From Diploschistes diacapsis (lineage: Eukaryota): DNA of 32,316 bases. The notes under the pieces are model-generated. The model did no database searches and was not told the origin of the DNA. It worked only from the letters and a program-made list of their open reading frames with translations. The stretch is taken from contig JALAIB010000105.1 in assembly GCA_023645945.1 (NCBI GenBank), positions 1-32,316 of the forward strand, in the 5' to 3' direction. The position numbers and the translations under genes were made by a program. Below are positions 12,678 to 24,500 of this stretch, in pieces. Numbering within the stretch: the stretch's first letter is position 1; each line of letters starts with the position of its first letter.

Positions 12678-12991
12678 AATGCACTTGTACCGAGTTTCTC
12701 AGCTGTCAAAGGAGAGGTAAGTCGCTACGTGCCTGTCTGGATTCAATCAACGCGCAAGTAATGGATTGAAGGTTCTGTAGATTCTTCCTGTCTGCCTAAT
12801 AGGAAGAAACAATGTGATGCTCTTGACATTGGCCGTTGCGCGAATGACGTCTCCGCGATTGGTCCGAGCGCCAAGACCCATGAAGGCAAATCCGGCAAAA
12901 TCCCCGTGGACACTATCGTTCTGTTTCTTCTACCCTCCTCAGATCTCTCAAGGTTTTTTACTTCTCTCGGCAGCCTCAAAGTCTTGTAAAA
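12678..12991. promoter_or_regulatory. Compact bidirectional promoter region VPS2/FZO1 (314 bp between start codons)
   Basis: Head-to-head ATGs at 12677 (-) and 12992 (+). TGACGTC at 12845-12851 is flanked by two ATTGG (reverse CCAAT) motifs. Confidence 0.55.
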
Positions 12992-15874
12992 ATGAGCGAA
13001 CATCTGCCAAATGGAGAAGGTGGTTTGAGCAGACGTAGCTCGCCATCACGCTCTCTGCGGCCTTTGCGGGCACGACCTCAGTACATGACAGTCGGTTCTG
13101 GTTCGACCTCAGCGAGTGCAGCAGCCCTCATGGCGTCAATAGAGACTGACTCAGGATACGAGAGTGCTATACCGAATGCTGAATCTACAAATGATGGCAG
13201 CGTCGGGAGTTGGAATCCCCGCTCGACCCCAGATCTTCCGACACCTGCACATATCCCCACACCTGGCCAACCGTACGGTTCTTCAGAAAGTGAAAGACGA
13301 GCACTGGCCAGCCATGTCCATCAACTCCATTACAATCAGAATCGTGTTGCATTGGGAAGAGCTATAGGAAGAACGATGGATACATTGCGCCGTCTGCAAG
13401 AGATGAATGCTGAATGGCCAGCGCATTATCCCTCGGTCCCTCAGCAGCATGAGCCACAACTGACTCAACACGACTCAAGGCCTGTGCTTTCACATACCCA
13501 ATCCACAACAGGTAACATTAACCACCATTCTATTGATCACGGCCTTTCGCGTCCGGGCCCTCGCAGAGCCGCCACTTCTCTAGGAAACGATGCCTCGGCG
13601 GAATCCAGCGGAATGGTTGGCAAAAGGGCGGAAGAAGCCCCTGAGAATCTTATTACACCGCAAACTGCGCAGGACTTTTCAATCCTAAAACTAGACTTGC
13701 GGCTCCAGGGCTTAACACAAAGCGAAATCGCACACTCCATGGACAGACGAGCGATATCTTCACTTCTAGATGGTAGAATCAATCAAAGCATAAGGCATCT
13801 TCTCTCGTTGAGGGACCGCATTGAAGATACCTCGTCCAAGGTCCTTGTGACTGGTGATCTGAACGCCGGGAAATCAACATTCTGCAACGCCCTTTTACGG
13901 AGGAAAGTCTTACCGGAGGATCAACAGCCCTGCACTAGTATTTTCTGCGAGGTTCTAGATGCGAGGGAGAATGGTGGCATCGAGGAAGTCCACGCTGTGC
14001 ACAAGGACACTGTCTACAACAGACACGACGAAAGCACTTACGATGTTTTCTCTCTTGTGGATCTAGAGAAGATTGTGACGGACAACGAACAATACAATCA
14101 GTGCAAGGTTTACGTTAAAGATACTCGGCAGATTGATCAGTCGCTTTTGAACAATGGAGTTGTGGACATTTCTCTTATCGACGCGCCCGGCTTGAACTCG
14201 GACTCCTTGAAAACAACGGCTGTCTTCGCACGTCAAGAAGAGATTGATGTTGTAGTGTTCGTGGTTTCTGCGGCAAACCATTTCACACTCTCCGCGAAAG
14301 AATTCATCTGGAACGCCGCTCATGAAAAGGCGTATATCTTCATTGTAGTCAACGGTTATGACAACATCAGAGACAAAAAGAGGTGTCAAAAGATGGTTCT
14401 TGAGCAAGTCGCTGGCCTCAGTCCAAGGACGTTCAAAGAATCGTCCGAGCTGGTACATTTCGTGTCTAGCAACGCAGTCCCGGTAGCACCAGCACCAACG
14501 CCTGGAGGACCCGATGGACCAGGTGGTGGAGGATCTGGGGGTGGTGGCTTCAGTGGCCCAGATGATCCATCAAATGATGATGGCGAAGAGGAGCCAACTG
14601 GCAAGCATGGCGAACCTGGATCCCCACCAAACAAGGGAAAAGGCAAAGAAAAAGAGAAGATCGAAGACTTCGAGCATCTGGAATCCTCTTTGAGACGATT
14701 TGTGCTCGAGAAGCGGGCTCGTTCCAAGCTTGCCCCAGCCAAAACCTACCTTATGAATGTCCTCTCCGACCTTACCTACCTCGCAACGACAAATCGTGAC
14801 GTTGCGCAGTCGGAACTGGATCGAGTCAGCAAAGAGTTGAATGAGCTGGAGCCAGTCTTTGAACGATCGAAGATAGCTCGATTGGAAGTTAGCGAGCAAG
14901 TTGAGAAAACAATAGAAACGAGGTGCGGTGATATCTACGAGCATACTAGAGAGACTCTAAACTCGACAATAATGCGGGTTGCGGGCGAAGAATTGGGCGT
15001 AGAGTACCCGGGCTTGTGGAACGCATTTCAATATGCCGAAGACATAAGGACCGCCATACTGGATCAAATATCTGCAGCAGTGACAATGTGCGAAGAGGAT
15101 GCACGACAGGCTGCTGTTAGCGGCGTAAGCGCCATGAATGCTCTGGGTATCAGGCACCTCGGCGACGACTACGAGAAGCTTGCCTTCAAGTCAGATCTGA
15201 TGTTTCAAACACGAAAGCATGCACTCGCCCGATACGTTGATACCCCAATCGAGGTCTGGGATTTCTTCGACCTGGGTAGCATGTGGGAGAGGCAGGAAAA
15301 GGTAGCTGGAACCAGCATGGCTCTCACCCTCGCTGGTGTGCTTGGAAGCAGGATGGTAGGGGGCGTGGGCTGGATCGATGGTGCCATGGGAGCGGCGAGG
15401 TTCGTCGGCGTAAGGAACTTGAGAAACTTGATCGTTCCTGGCCTTGTTGCAACCGGTATGTAGGGTTCCGCTGGAACTGAAGATTGCTAACTGGAGCCAG
15501 TGTGTTTGAGCGCAGCGTTTATGCTCCAGTCCATTCCGTATTCGCTTTCCCATCGTTTGTCCAGGCGGATCGAGGCCACACTTTCTGCCATGGACTATGT
15601 TCACTCGAATAGTGTACGCATCTCACGGGCAGTCCGTAAGGTACTGGATGTTCCGGCGAACAACCTCCGAGTGGGTCTTCAACATTCATTCGAGAAGCTA
15701 ACTGCTAGACGCGAAGAAACGGCCAAAGTGAAGAGGGAGAGCGAGGTGGCCCGCAAATACTTTGCAAACTTAGTCAGAGAGAGCAACGAGAGCAGGCACA
15801 ATGTCGACTCGATCGACCTCGAGGGAGCGGCCCCCGGGGTTGCCGGTGGCTACGAAAGCGGGCCTATGCTGTAA
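12992..15874 (+). CDS. FZO1: Mitofusin, transmembrane dynamin-like GTPase (945 aa)
   Basis: Exons 12992-15455 and 15501-15874. P-loop VTGDLNAGKSTFCNALL, LPEDQQPCTSIFCEV, LIDAPGLN, ARQEEIDVVVFVVSAANHFTLS, LRRFVLEKRARSKLAPAKTYL, a hydrophobic TM region and a C-terminal coiled coil. Confidence 0.96.
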
Positions 15875-16476
15875 GCTGAAGAGCAAGTTCATTCAATGGC
15901 GTTGCGGCTGGGTGGGCGCTTTTGAATGGCAGCTATCTTATCAGCTTAGGTAGCGGAGGAATGCGTGGCTTGAACGAGGAAGGGCGGGCTGGGCAGGCTT
16001 GTTCCTCATCAGCTGCATTGCTGCGATGGCAGCTGCGATAGCGCTCGAAATGAAAGTCAGAAAGTTTACTTCGACCAAGCTTAGCATGTACAAACCATAC
16101 AAGACTGGCAGTACAAGACTATCCTAGAGGCTCTCCAAAACCATTAATATAACGATTACAACAGTCCAGCGCTGTGGCGATGAAGTAGGAAGACGAAGTG
16201 AGTGGCTGCCCATTCGGAGGTGCAAAGTAACTTGGGGTTCTGTATTAGATACTGTTGAGGTTGGGTGAGGGTGAGATGAAAATCCAGATCCCGAGAACGT
16301 CCGTACTGCCATTTGTATCAGCAAATGATGCAAATCTGCATCACAAAACACCCTTATTTTATTTTTAGCTCGGACTTAAATAAATTGAAGGTACGTACCT
16401 AGTGCTTTACAAGACTTTGTTCTCTATCTTCAGTCATTGTTAAGAGGTTCATTGCTGCCACAGCACACTGTGCGCA

Positions 16477-18336
16477 ATGGCTTCCAAAGCTACTTCGACA
16501 CTTCTTTTGCCCAAGTCGCAGCTTAGAAAAGCCCTTCAAGCGGCTCCGCGACGCAACCTCAGCATCTTCAGCTCTGTTCGATCAAGTACCGTCAATCCGG
16601 CTTCACGCATACGCCAGCCATCGTCATCTCTATCGAGACAGGCCTTTCGTCGCTCTTATGCTGATGCAGCTCCCGGTCCTGTTTCAAGGAAACGAGCGGG
16701 CTTCTTCAGATGGACTTGGCGACTGGTCTACCTTTCCGCGATTGGTGCTTCTGTATGGGTAGGTTACGAGGTATATCAGCTTCGAACCCCCGATGAGCAA
16801 ATCCCACAAGACCCAAAGAAGAAGACTCTGGTAATACTAGGTCCGTTACTATCCCTATCTCTTTCGTATTTGGCTCTTGGCCTGACTTTCTCCTATAGGC
16901 ACCGGCTGGGGATCCGTTTCTTTGCTGAAGAAGGTTGACACCGAAAACTACAATGTCGTTGTCATCTCTCCGCGCAATTTCTTCCTCTTCACGCCTCTGC
17001 TCCCATCCTGTACGACTGGAACAATCGAACACAGATCTATTATGGAGCCGATCCGCAACATCATCCGGCACAAGGCCGCTCAGGTCAAATATTATGAGGC
17101 CGAAGCTACTAAGATCGACTACGAGAGAAAGGTCGTCCATATCAGCGACGATTCGGAAATCAAGGGGGATCTCTCGACTACAGAAGTTCCCTACGACATG
17201 CTAGTAGTCGGCGTTGGGGCGGAGAACGCGACTTTTGGAATCCCTGGAGTGCGTGAGCACTCTTGTTTCTTGAAAGAAGTTGGCGATGCTCAGCAGATTC
17301 GTCGGCGTATCATGGACTGCGTAGAAACCGCTTCGTTCAAGGACCAATCGGATGAGGAGCGCAAGCGACTTCTACACATGGTGGTCGTTGGAGGAGGCCC
17401 TACAGGTGTAGAGTTTGCTGGAGAGCTTCAGGACTTCTTTGCGCAGGATCTCAAGAAATGGATTCCTGACATCTCGTAAGCCGCCACTAATTTTGTGGAC
17501 TATCGCATGGCTGATACACCCTTTCTAGGGATCACTTTCACGTTACTCTCGTCGAGGCACTTCCCAACGTCCTGCCCATGTTCTCCAAACAGCTCATTGA
17601 CTACACGGAATCCACATTCAAGGAGGAATCCATATCGGTCCGTACAAAGACCACGGTAAAGAACGTCACAGACAAGTACATTGAAGCTGAACACACCAAC
17701 CCGGATGGCACAAAGGTTAGGGAGCAGATACCTTATGGTCTCCTTGTGTGGGCTACTGGCAACGCCGTGCGACCCGTTGTCAAGGACCTTATGTCGAACC
17801 TTCCGGCCCAGAAGGACTCTCGTCGCGGTCTTGCTGTTAACGAATACCTCGTTGTCAAGGGGTGTGAGAACGTCTGGGCTATCGGTGACTGTGCGATTGC
17901 GAACTATGCTCCCACTGCTCAGGTCGCGTCTCAGGAAGGCGCCTTCCTTGCTAGACTCTTCAACACCCTTGCCAAGACGAATGCCATCAACGAGCAGCTG
18001 AGTGAGCTCTCGGAGGCTCAGTCAAAAGCCTCAAATCAAGAAGAACGTACTGAGATTCTGAATCATATCAAGGACCTCCAGAAGCGTCTACGTCGTATCA
18101 AACAGATCGGTCCTTTTGAATACTCGCACCAGGGGAGTTTGGCGTATATCGGTTCTGAAAAAGCAGTGGCGGACGTGAGTTGGTTCAGGGGTAACATTGC
18201 CAGTGGTGGTACCTGGACCTACCTTTTCTGGAAGAGCGCCTATCTTAACATGTGCTTCAGTATGCGGAACAGGATTCTAGTTGCACTCGACTGGGCTAAG
18301 AGTTCTGTTTTTGGACGGGATGTTAGCCGAGAATAG
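16477..18336 (+). CDS. NDE1: Type II (alternative/external) mitochondrial NADH:ubiquinone oxidoreductase (582 aa)
   Basis: Exons 16477-16840, 16899-17475 and 17529-18336. Presequence, LVILG|TGWGS, SPRNFFLFTPLLPS, VVVGGGPTGVEFAGEL, WAIGDC, APTAQVASQEG, FEYSHQGSLAYIG, C-terminal FGRDVSRE. Confidence 0.93.
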
Positions 18337-18810
18337 AGGGTTCCAGAGGATATATACCAGACGGTTCTAGGCAGCTTTATGGCGATGCGGGCGTGTGTGC
18401 GCTTGAGGAATATAGATCGGTGGCATTGGCTTTGGGATTTCAGTTGTTTTTACTATTCAGCAATTAGACAAACAACTGATGTTTGTCACGGAGGGTCAAT
18501 AAATAACTTATGCAATTAGAAAATTCGATCGCAAGATGAAATAATATATATTTTTTGATTTACTTTTGCTGTACCTAAACCTAGAGCAATCCGCTACAAG
18601 TGAAAGCTGCCGCTGAAACATCGGCCCGCAACACCATCACCCAATCTACTATAAGCTGGGCCGAAGCAACTTTTAAGCTTCCTATATTATTTATTGAACT
18701 TTAGGTTACTCCTGCTATTTCACTTTACGCTCCGTCTCTACCGCCAATTAATAGAGATTTGACTCCGATAACTGACTGCGACGTGACCGCGCAGCGCAGA
18801 GCTAGTTGTC

Positions 18811-21192
18811 ATGTCTCTTTTCGGTTCGTCGCCTGATGATTCCGGTCTTATAAAGCCAGACTCTAGACATCAGTCCAAATCGCTCTTCGATGATGGACCC
18901 AAGGCGGCTCCTGAAGTGAACAACTCGCTCTTTGCAGACTACGGTGGCAATGAGTCGCCATGGTCCATACCGACCTCCAAGAAAGCTGGCCGAGACGAGC
19001 TCATTAGAAGCCTAATATCCCCTTCAGACGCACCCGAGAGCTATGTAAATGGTTTTGACGCAATATTAGAGAATGGAGGGAATATGAACAGCAGGTTGAG
19101 TCTTGAGGATGTAATGAAGCTCCTGCAGAGTAGCGGCATTCCCCAAGGCGACCAGACGTTAATACTTCGTCTTGTTTCCCCCGCTACTGCTACCGGCGTC
19201 GACAGGAATACGTTCAATTTGTTGATGGCGTTGATTGGTCTTGTGCAAGAAGGCGAGGAGGCATCGCTGGACGGGGTTGATGAAAGAAAGAAGAGTAAGG
19301 CCCAAGCTTGTATATAGGCAATAGCTTGCTTACGATGCTTCAGATCTTCCCGAACCATCGATACCCTATCTTGCTTCGCTCAAGACTACCAAAGTGTCAC
19401 AGAGCACTGCAAAGAGTAACGGACAAGATTCTTCGACTACTCAGGCAAGCTCCACCACATCCTCGCCATCAAAACAACGACAAGTTCACACAGGCTCCTT
19501 TAACGATTCTGAAGTGGATCCGTGGGCTAGTTCCGCTGCGCCAAGAAGTCAGACACAGCCAGTTCTCAACGATTCGACTCCGGACCGTAACGTTATTACA
19601 GCGGCACGACCACTCATATCTACCTCGGCGACAAGAACGACTAGCGCATTCACCACTAGCGCCCACGATCCTGACGCCTCCTCGAAAATGACCGGGACAA
19701 CGCTTGGCGATAACGCTGCTGGCAGTACAGCGGGCGCTTGGGGTGGTCCAGGAAACCCTGGATTCCCAGATACCAATCCAAGTGGTCTTGGCGGTGCCGG
19801 CTTTGGCTCAAACGACCGAGGCGACCAACCCAATGCTCGGTCTGGCCGTTCTTTTGGTGCAAATTTGAACCCCGTTAATAGAGCCGTGGAAGAATCTGTT
19901 ACAATCACTATATTGCCCGAGAAGGAGGGAATGTTCATGTTTCAACACCGTAATTACGAGGTCAAGAGCCCACGGCGCGGAAGTTCTGTCGTGCGGAGGT
20001 ACAGCGATTTCGTATGGCTTTTGGACTGTTTGCACAAAAGATATCCGTTTCGTCAATTACCACTTTTACCACCAAAGAGGGTAGCCTGTATGATAGTTTT
20101 CGCATGAGCATGAACTTGTCAAAATGCTAACGGAGATCCAGTCAATGGACGTCACTTATCGTCGGATATCCAGTTTATCGAGAAACGACGGCGTGGTTTA
20201 GTGAGATTCGCTAACGCTCTTGTGCGGCACCCTGTCCTTTGCCAGGAGCAGCTAGTTGTAATGTTCCTGACAGTACCGACGGTAGGGCAGGTTGTTATTG
20301 TGGAAGCTACCAATACTAATGCTGCACTCAGGAGCTGACGGTCTGGCGCAAACAGGCTACCATTTCCGTACAAGAAGAGTTCACCGGCAAAATCCTACCA
20401 CCAGGCTTGGAGGACTCGCTTCCCGCTAACCTCCAGGACACTTTTGATACTGTGCGTAATGGGGTGCGGAAATCAGCGGAGATTTACATTGGGCTGTGCA
20501 ACCTCATCGAGCGGCTGGCGAAGCGGAACCAGGGCATTGCGGCCGACTCACTCCGCTTTTCTCAGTCATTACGCTCGCTAACGGAAGAGTCAGACCCCAC
20601 TTATGCTACAGATACAAACGACGTTCCGTTACTGAACGAAGGCATCAAAGCAACCGCAAAGCATTTCGAGACTAGCCATAGTCTATTGGAGGACGAAGCC
20701 CAGGCTTGGGATGAAGGTGTTTTGGAGGACATGAAAAGGCAAAGAGACTGCCTCGTCAGCGTCAGAGACATGTTTGACCGCCATGATCGCTTCGCCAAGG
20801 ATAATATACCACAGTTGGAGAGACGAATAGAAAGTAATGAGGCCAAGCTTGCGAGCATTCGAGCGAAGCCGGAGGGCTCGGTCAAGCCTGGAGAGCTAGA
20901 GAAGGTTGAACAAGCTATTCTCGGTGTAAGCGTAGCCATCAATTGCGGGCATTATCGAATTACTGACTGACCTGTTTAGGATAAACAATCCATAGTCAGC
21001 CAGCATTCCCGTGATGTATTTATAAAGGAGTGCATAAGGGATGAGCTGGGTTTCCTCCAGCAGTCGCAGTACCACGTGAGCAAGCTCCATCAAGAATGGA
21101 GCCAAGAGTTGGTAAAATACTCTGAGCTACAAGCCGATAACTGGAGAGCTCTGAGCGAGGAAGTGGAAAACATGCCAACGGGCGAATCATAA
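18811..21192 (+). CDS. MVP1: Sorting nexin Mvp1 (PX-BAR), 724 aa
   Basis: Exons 18811-19294, 19344-20087, 20142-20281, 20332-20925 and 20980-21192 (2175 nt). MSLFG start; PX motifs EKEGMFMFQHRNYEV, VRRYSDFVWLLDCLHKRYPFRQLPLLPPKR and FIEKRRRGLVRF; helical BAR C-terminus. Confidence 0.95.
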
Positions 21193-21585
21193 TGTTTCTG
21201 CTACGGGAATGACTCGAGTCTACGATTAGGGACGCGTCTTGCTAAACTAGGTAATGTAGATAGCATCCTCCAAAGGTACCGGCTTTCCCCTCGCTCTTCG
21301 ACGCGGGTGGTGTAAAATACTCCCGGTATAGCTTCATTTTTATGGGAAAGTCAATATTTACGCGCAGTGATTCAGGTAGTAAAAAGATGCGCTAGCTTGT
21401 AAACCCCGGTATCTCCATAACAGTGGACGTCATGTCCCTGTTTCGCGGCTCTGCTTCCACTTCAACATGAATAGTAACATCCAACACTTTAACAATGTTA
21501 CTATGCATCTTGAAGGTTGAAAATAAATCCTGTCTTGCTTGAAGCAGCTTCGATCCTTCAGTAACAGCTCTTCGTGAAGGCGGCG

Positions 21586-24500
21586 ATGCCTGCCTTTAAC
21601 TCGCAGCAACGAGCTGCCCTCAGAGACTTTGTCGAGACCACGGGTGCTAAGGAAAGCGTAGCTGTAAAAGTAAGTGAGAATTACTTCCTCATCACTTCCA
21701 TGTTGCGACGAGTTTCCGTAACAGTAGAGATGGCAAGAGGAAAGAACGCCGGACTGACCTATATATTTTAGCAATTGAGAGCGTCGGGATGGAATCCCAA
21801 CGCAGCTGTCGATACGTATGTACTGGTTCTTCATTTCACTATTCATATCTCTATCTTGTGGATTATCGACTCGCTTCTTATGTATCACCGTCCTTTCCGT
21901 GTTATTCTTCCCTTGCAGCGTTTCGGAATATCACTATCTAGTGGAGGAAATATTCTGGGTCGCTCGAGGGCGTTGGACTTAATCCCGAGCGTATCTCGAG
22001 AACATTTGACGGGTGTCGAATTACTGCTCTACGCTAGTGACGGGTCCGAGACAGGAAAGGCAACACAGGCAGTTGTCTATCTTGAAGAAAAAACCGGGGC
22101 ATCTTCCATCTATTCTCGACATTATCTGGACACGTCCAGTCGTCTAGTTCTAAGGGTTTACACGGACTTTCAGAAAAGGAGATCGTCCTTTCGGCAGCCC
22201 TTAACATTTCCTCGATTTATGTTAGGTACCCGACCGACAGCTGTCATCTTTCATTACAATGGCTGAGCACCCCGACGAAGACGGTTCAGAGCAAAGGCCT
22301 ACCAAATTCAATGTTGAAGGGGCAGATGAAATATGTGAAACCTTTATCAAGCTCTTCAGGAAGACGACAGTAGGGCAGAAGCTTGAGACATCTGAAAGAG
22401 AACTCGAAGATGATCCCGATCTACCTCGCGGCCGAAGGCGCCACAAACCCTATTACCCCCCTAGGGTAACCCCAAAATATCTAACTACAGAGTTGAGAAT
22501 CCATCTGCGGAGTTTGGCAAAGGAGTGGATTGCACAGTATCGCAGCGGCGACCTCACTTCCAAAGAGCTTCGAAGACGAATGGCACTTGAGATTGAACGC
22601 TCATTCAAGAGCTTCTGGGCACTCTCCGCCTTTGCACGTGAGGAGCTTAATTTAGATTTTGACGATCCAGACCGGCCTGAACTCGAGGTTCGAAAAGAAA
22701 ACCTAGCTGCGGAAGAGGAATCAGAGAAGAGAAAGCGGGAATTAGAGTCAAAAGCTCTCACAATACAACCGGTATCCAGAAAAGCCGAGAAGAAGCCTCT
22801 GGTCTGTCAGAGGGATGACGGCACACGTGACTACCACCCAGGCTACGAAAATTCCATGAAAGTGACGAATACGGGTTCAAGCGATGCAGTCCGCGATGTT
22901 GACTTGATGAAAGTGGACGAAGACGATTTGAAAGCTGGCAGAGTGTTTATCACCAGAGTCCCTCTCATAAATGAGATCCGGGACGCTATCACGGATACGA
23001 GATTGGGGCTTAAGAAGTGGAAATTCCAAGAGATCTGCGACTTCATCAGTGAGTCAGCAGGATTTCCTCTTTATCTATCTTATTTTGAGAAGAGTTTTTA
23101 CGAAGGGGAAGTTCCGGCAGCAACTGTCGCTCAAAGTATATGCGACCTCAATCAAGTTCCTCCCGACTTCATGGTTGGTGAAACAGTCAAGGATACGCTT
23201 AAACGCGGCGCTTTACGTGACGTTGTTTTAGAACACCTAAGTCATTTGGTTTCCCATTCAAGAGCCGGCACCATGAATCCGAATTTGGCTCAAGAATTTG
23301 CTGTTGATACCCTTCAATTCTCTGCAGATTTTGGAAGTGCCCTTGAACACTTTCAATTGCTTTGTCAAAGTCACGAAATTGAACCTTCGGCTGCAGCTCA
23401 ACTTGCTTGGGCCGAACACATAGATAATGACTTTGTGTTCGAAAAACACGTATTAGAGGAATTTTCTGACATCTACCTGGGTACCCGGTCTGACGACACA
23501 GTGCCTACGTGGACTGGAGCCTTGTACGAGCCGCCGTTCCACTGTCGTGAGCAGTTTCATTCCCTAATGACGAAAGTCTTTGATGGATGCCGAGGTGGCA
23601 AATGGAGCATTATATGGGCAGATAAGTTGGTTCGTCATTTCTATGGCAGAAGAGCCCCAGCACTTCCTGACCTCGAGTTGTGGATCTCCAGAACGGACAT
23701 GACTTCAGTTGATCTAGCAGACAAAATCTGGCATAGCGTTCCGGAAAAAGACGATTGGGACTTGATGCTTCAAACACACAACGACGTATACATTAAGAAG
23801 AAGATGCGGCAGATGCAGGAAGATCTCGAGAAACGAGCCAAACGAGCTCAGGACACTATAATTGAATCATATCGGGAAGTCGGCAATGGAGCCGAAGTCC
23901 TCCCCAAGCTCTCAAAACTTAGGATTATGTATCCAAACAAGCGTCGCATGCTGGACATAGCAGAAGACATCATCAATGGCCGGACCAGCTTACGAAGAGC
24001 TCGAAAGCTACTTAAGAGCCTCGAGACCGGAATTGATTTACGAGCTCTTTGGAAAAAGATGTATCAGAACGGACTAGATCCTGTCTATTTCTATGGGGGA
24101 GAAATTTCTAGAGCCATGGGATATGAAGTCTTCGCACGTTCGCCATTGCATGGAAAATGGGACAAGGACCACCAACATGATATAATGAGACAGCCACTCT
24201 ACTTTCCAGATGGTGCCGGAATTTCTGATAGTGATGGAGAAACCGAGGGCCTATGGGGCCTCCGTATGCCGACTGAGGATGCGAAAAAATGGGCAAGGCA
24301 GTTGAAGCTCAGAGAAGATTTGGTCGAGGGCAACCACAAAAACCTGAAATTGAAGCGCAAAGAACAAGCAGTAAGACGATTTATCATGGGTGAGGAGCCC
24401 CCGCATACGTCCAGAGGGTCATACCATGCTCCTATGAAGCGTACGGCGAGTAAAGAGCTATCAGCTATCCCTCCAAAACGCTCGAAAACGCCCTCCCCAA

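Noticed and set aside
14480..14660. Gly/Pro/acidic insertion in the FZO1 GTPase region
   Set aside because: An in-frame low-complexity loop, of a kind I recall in filamentous-ascomycete Fzo1; no sign of an intein or mobile insert.
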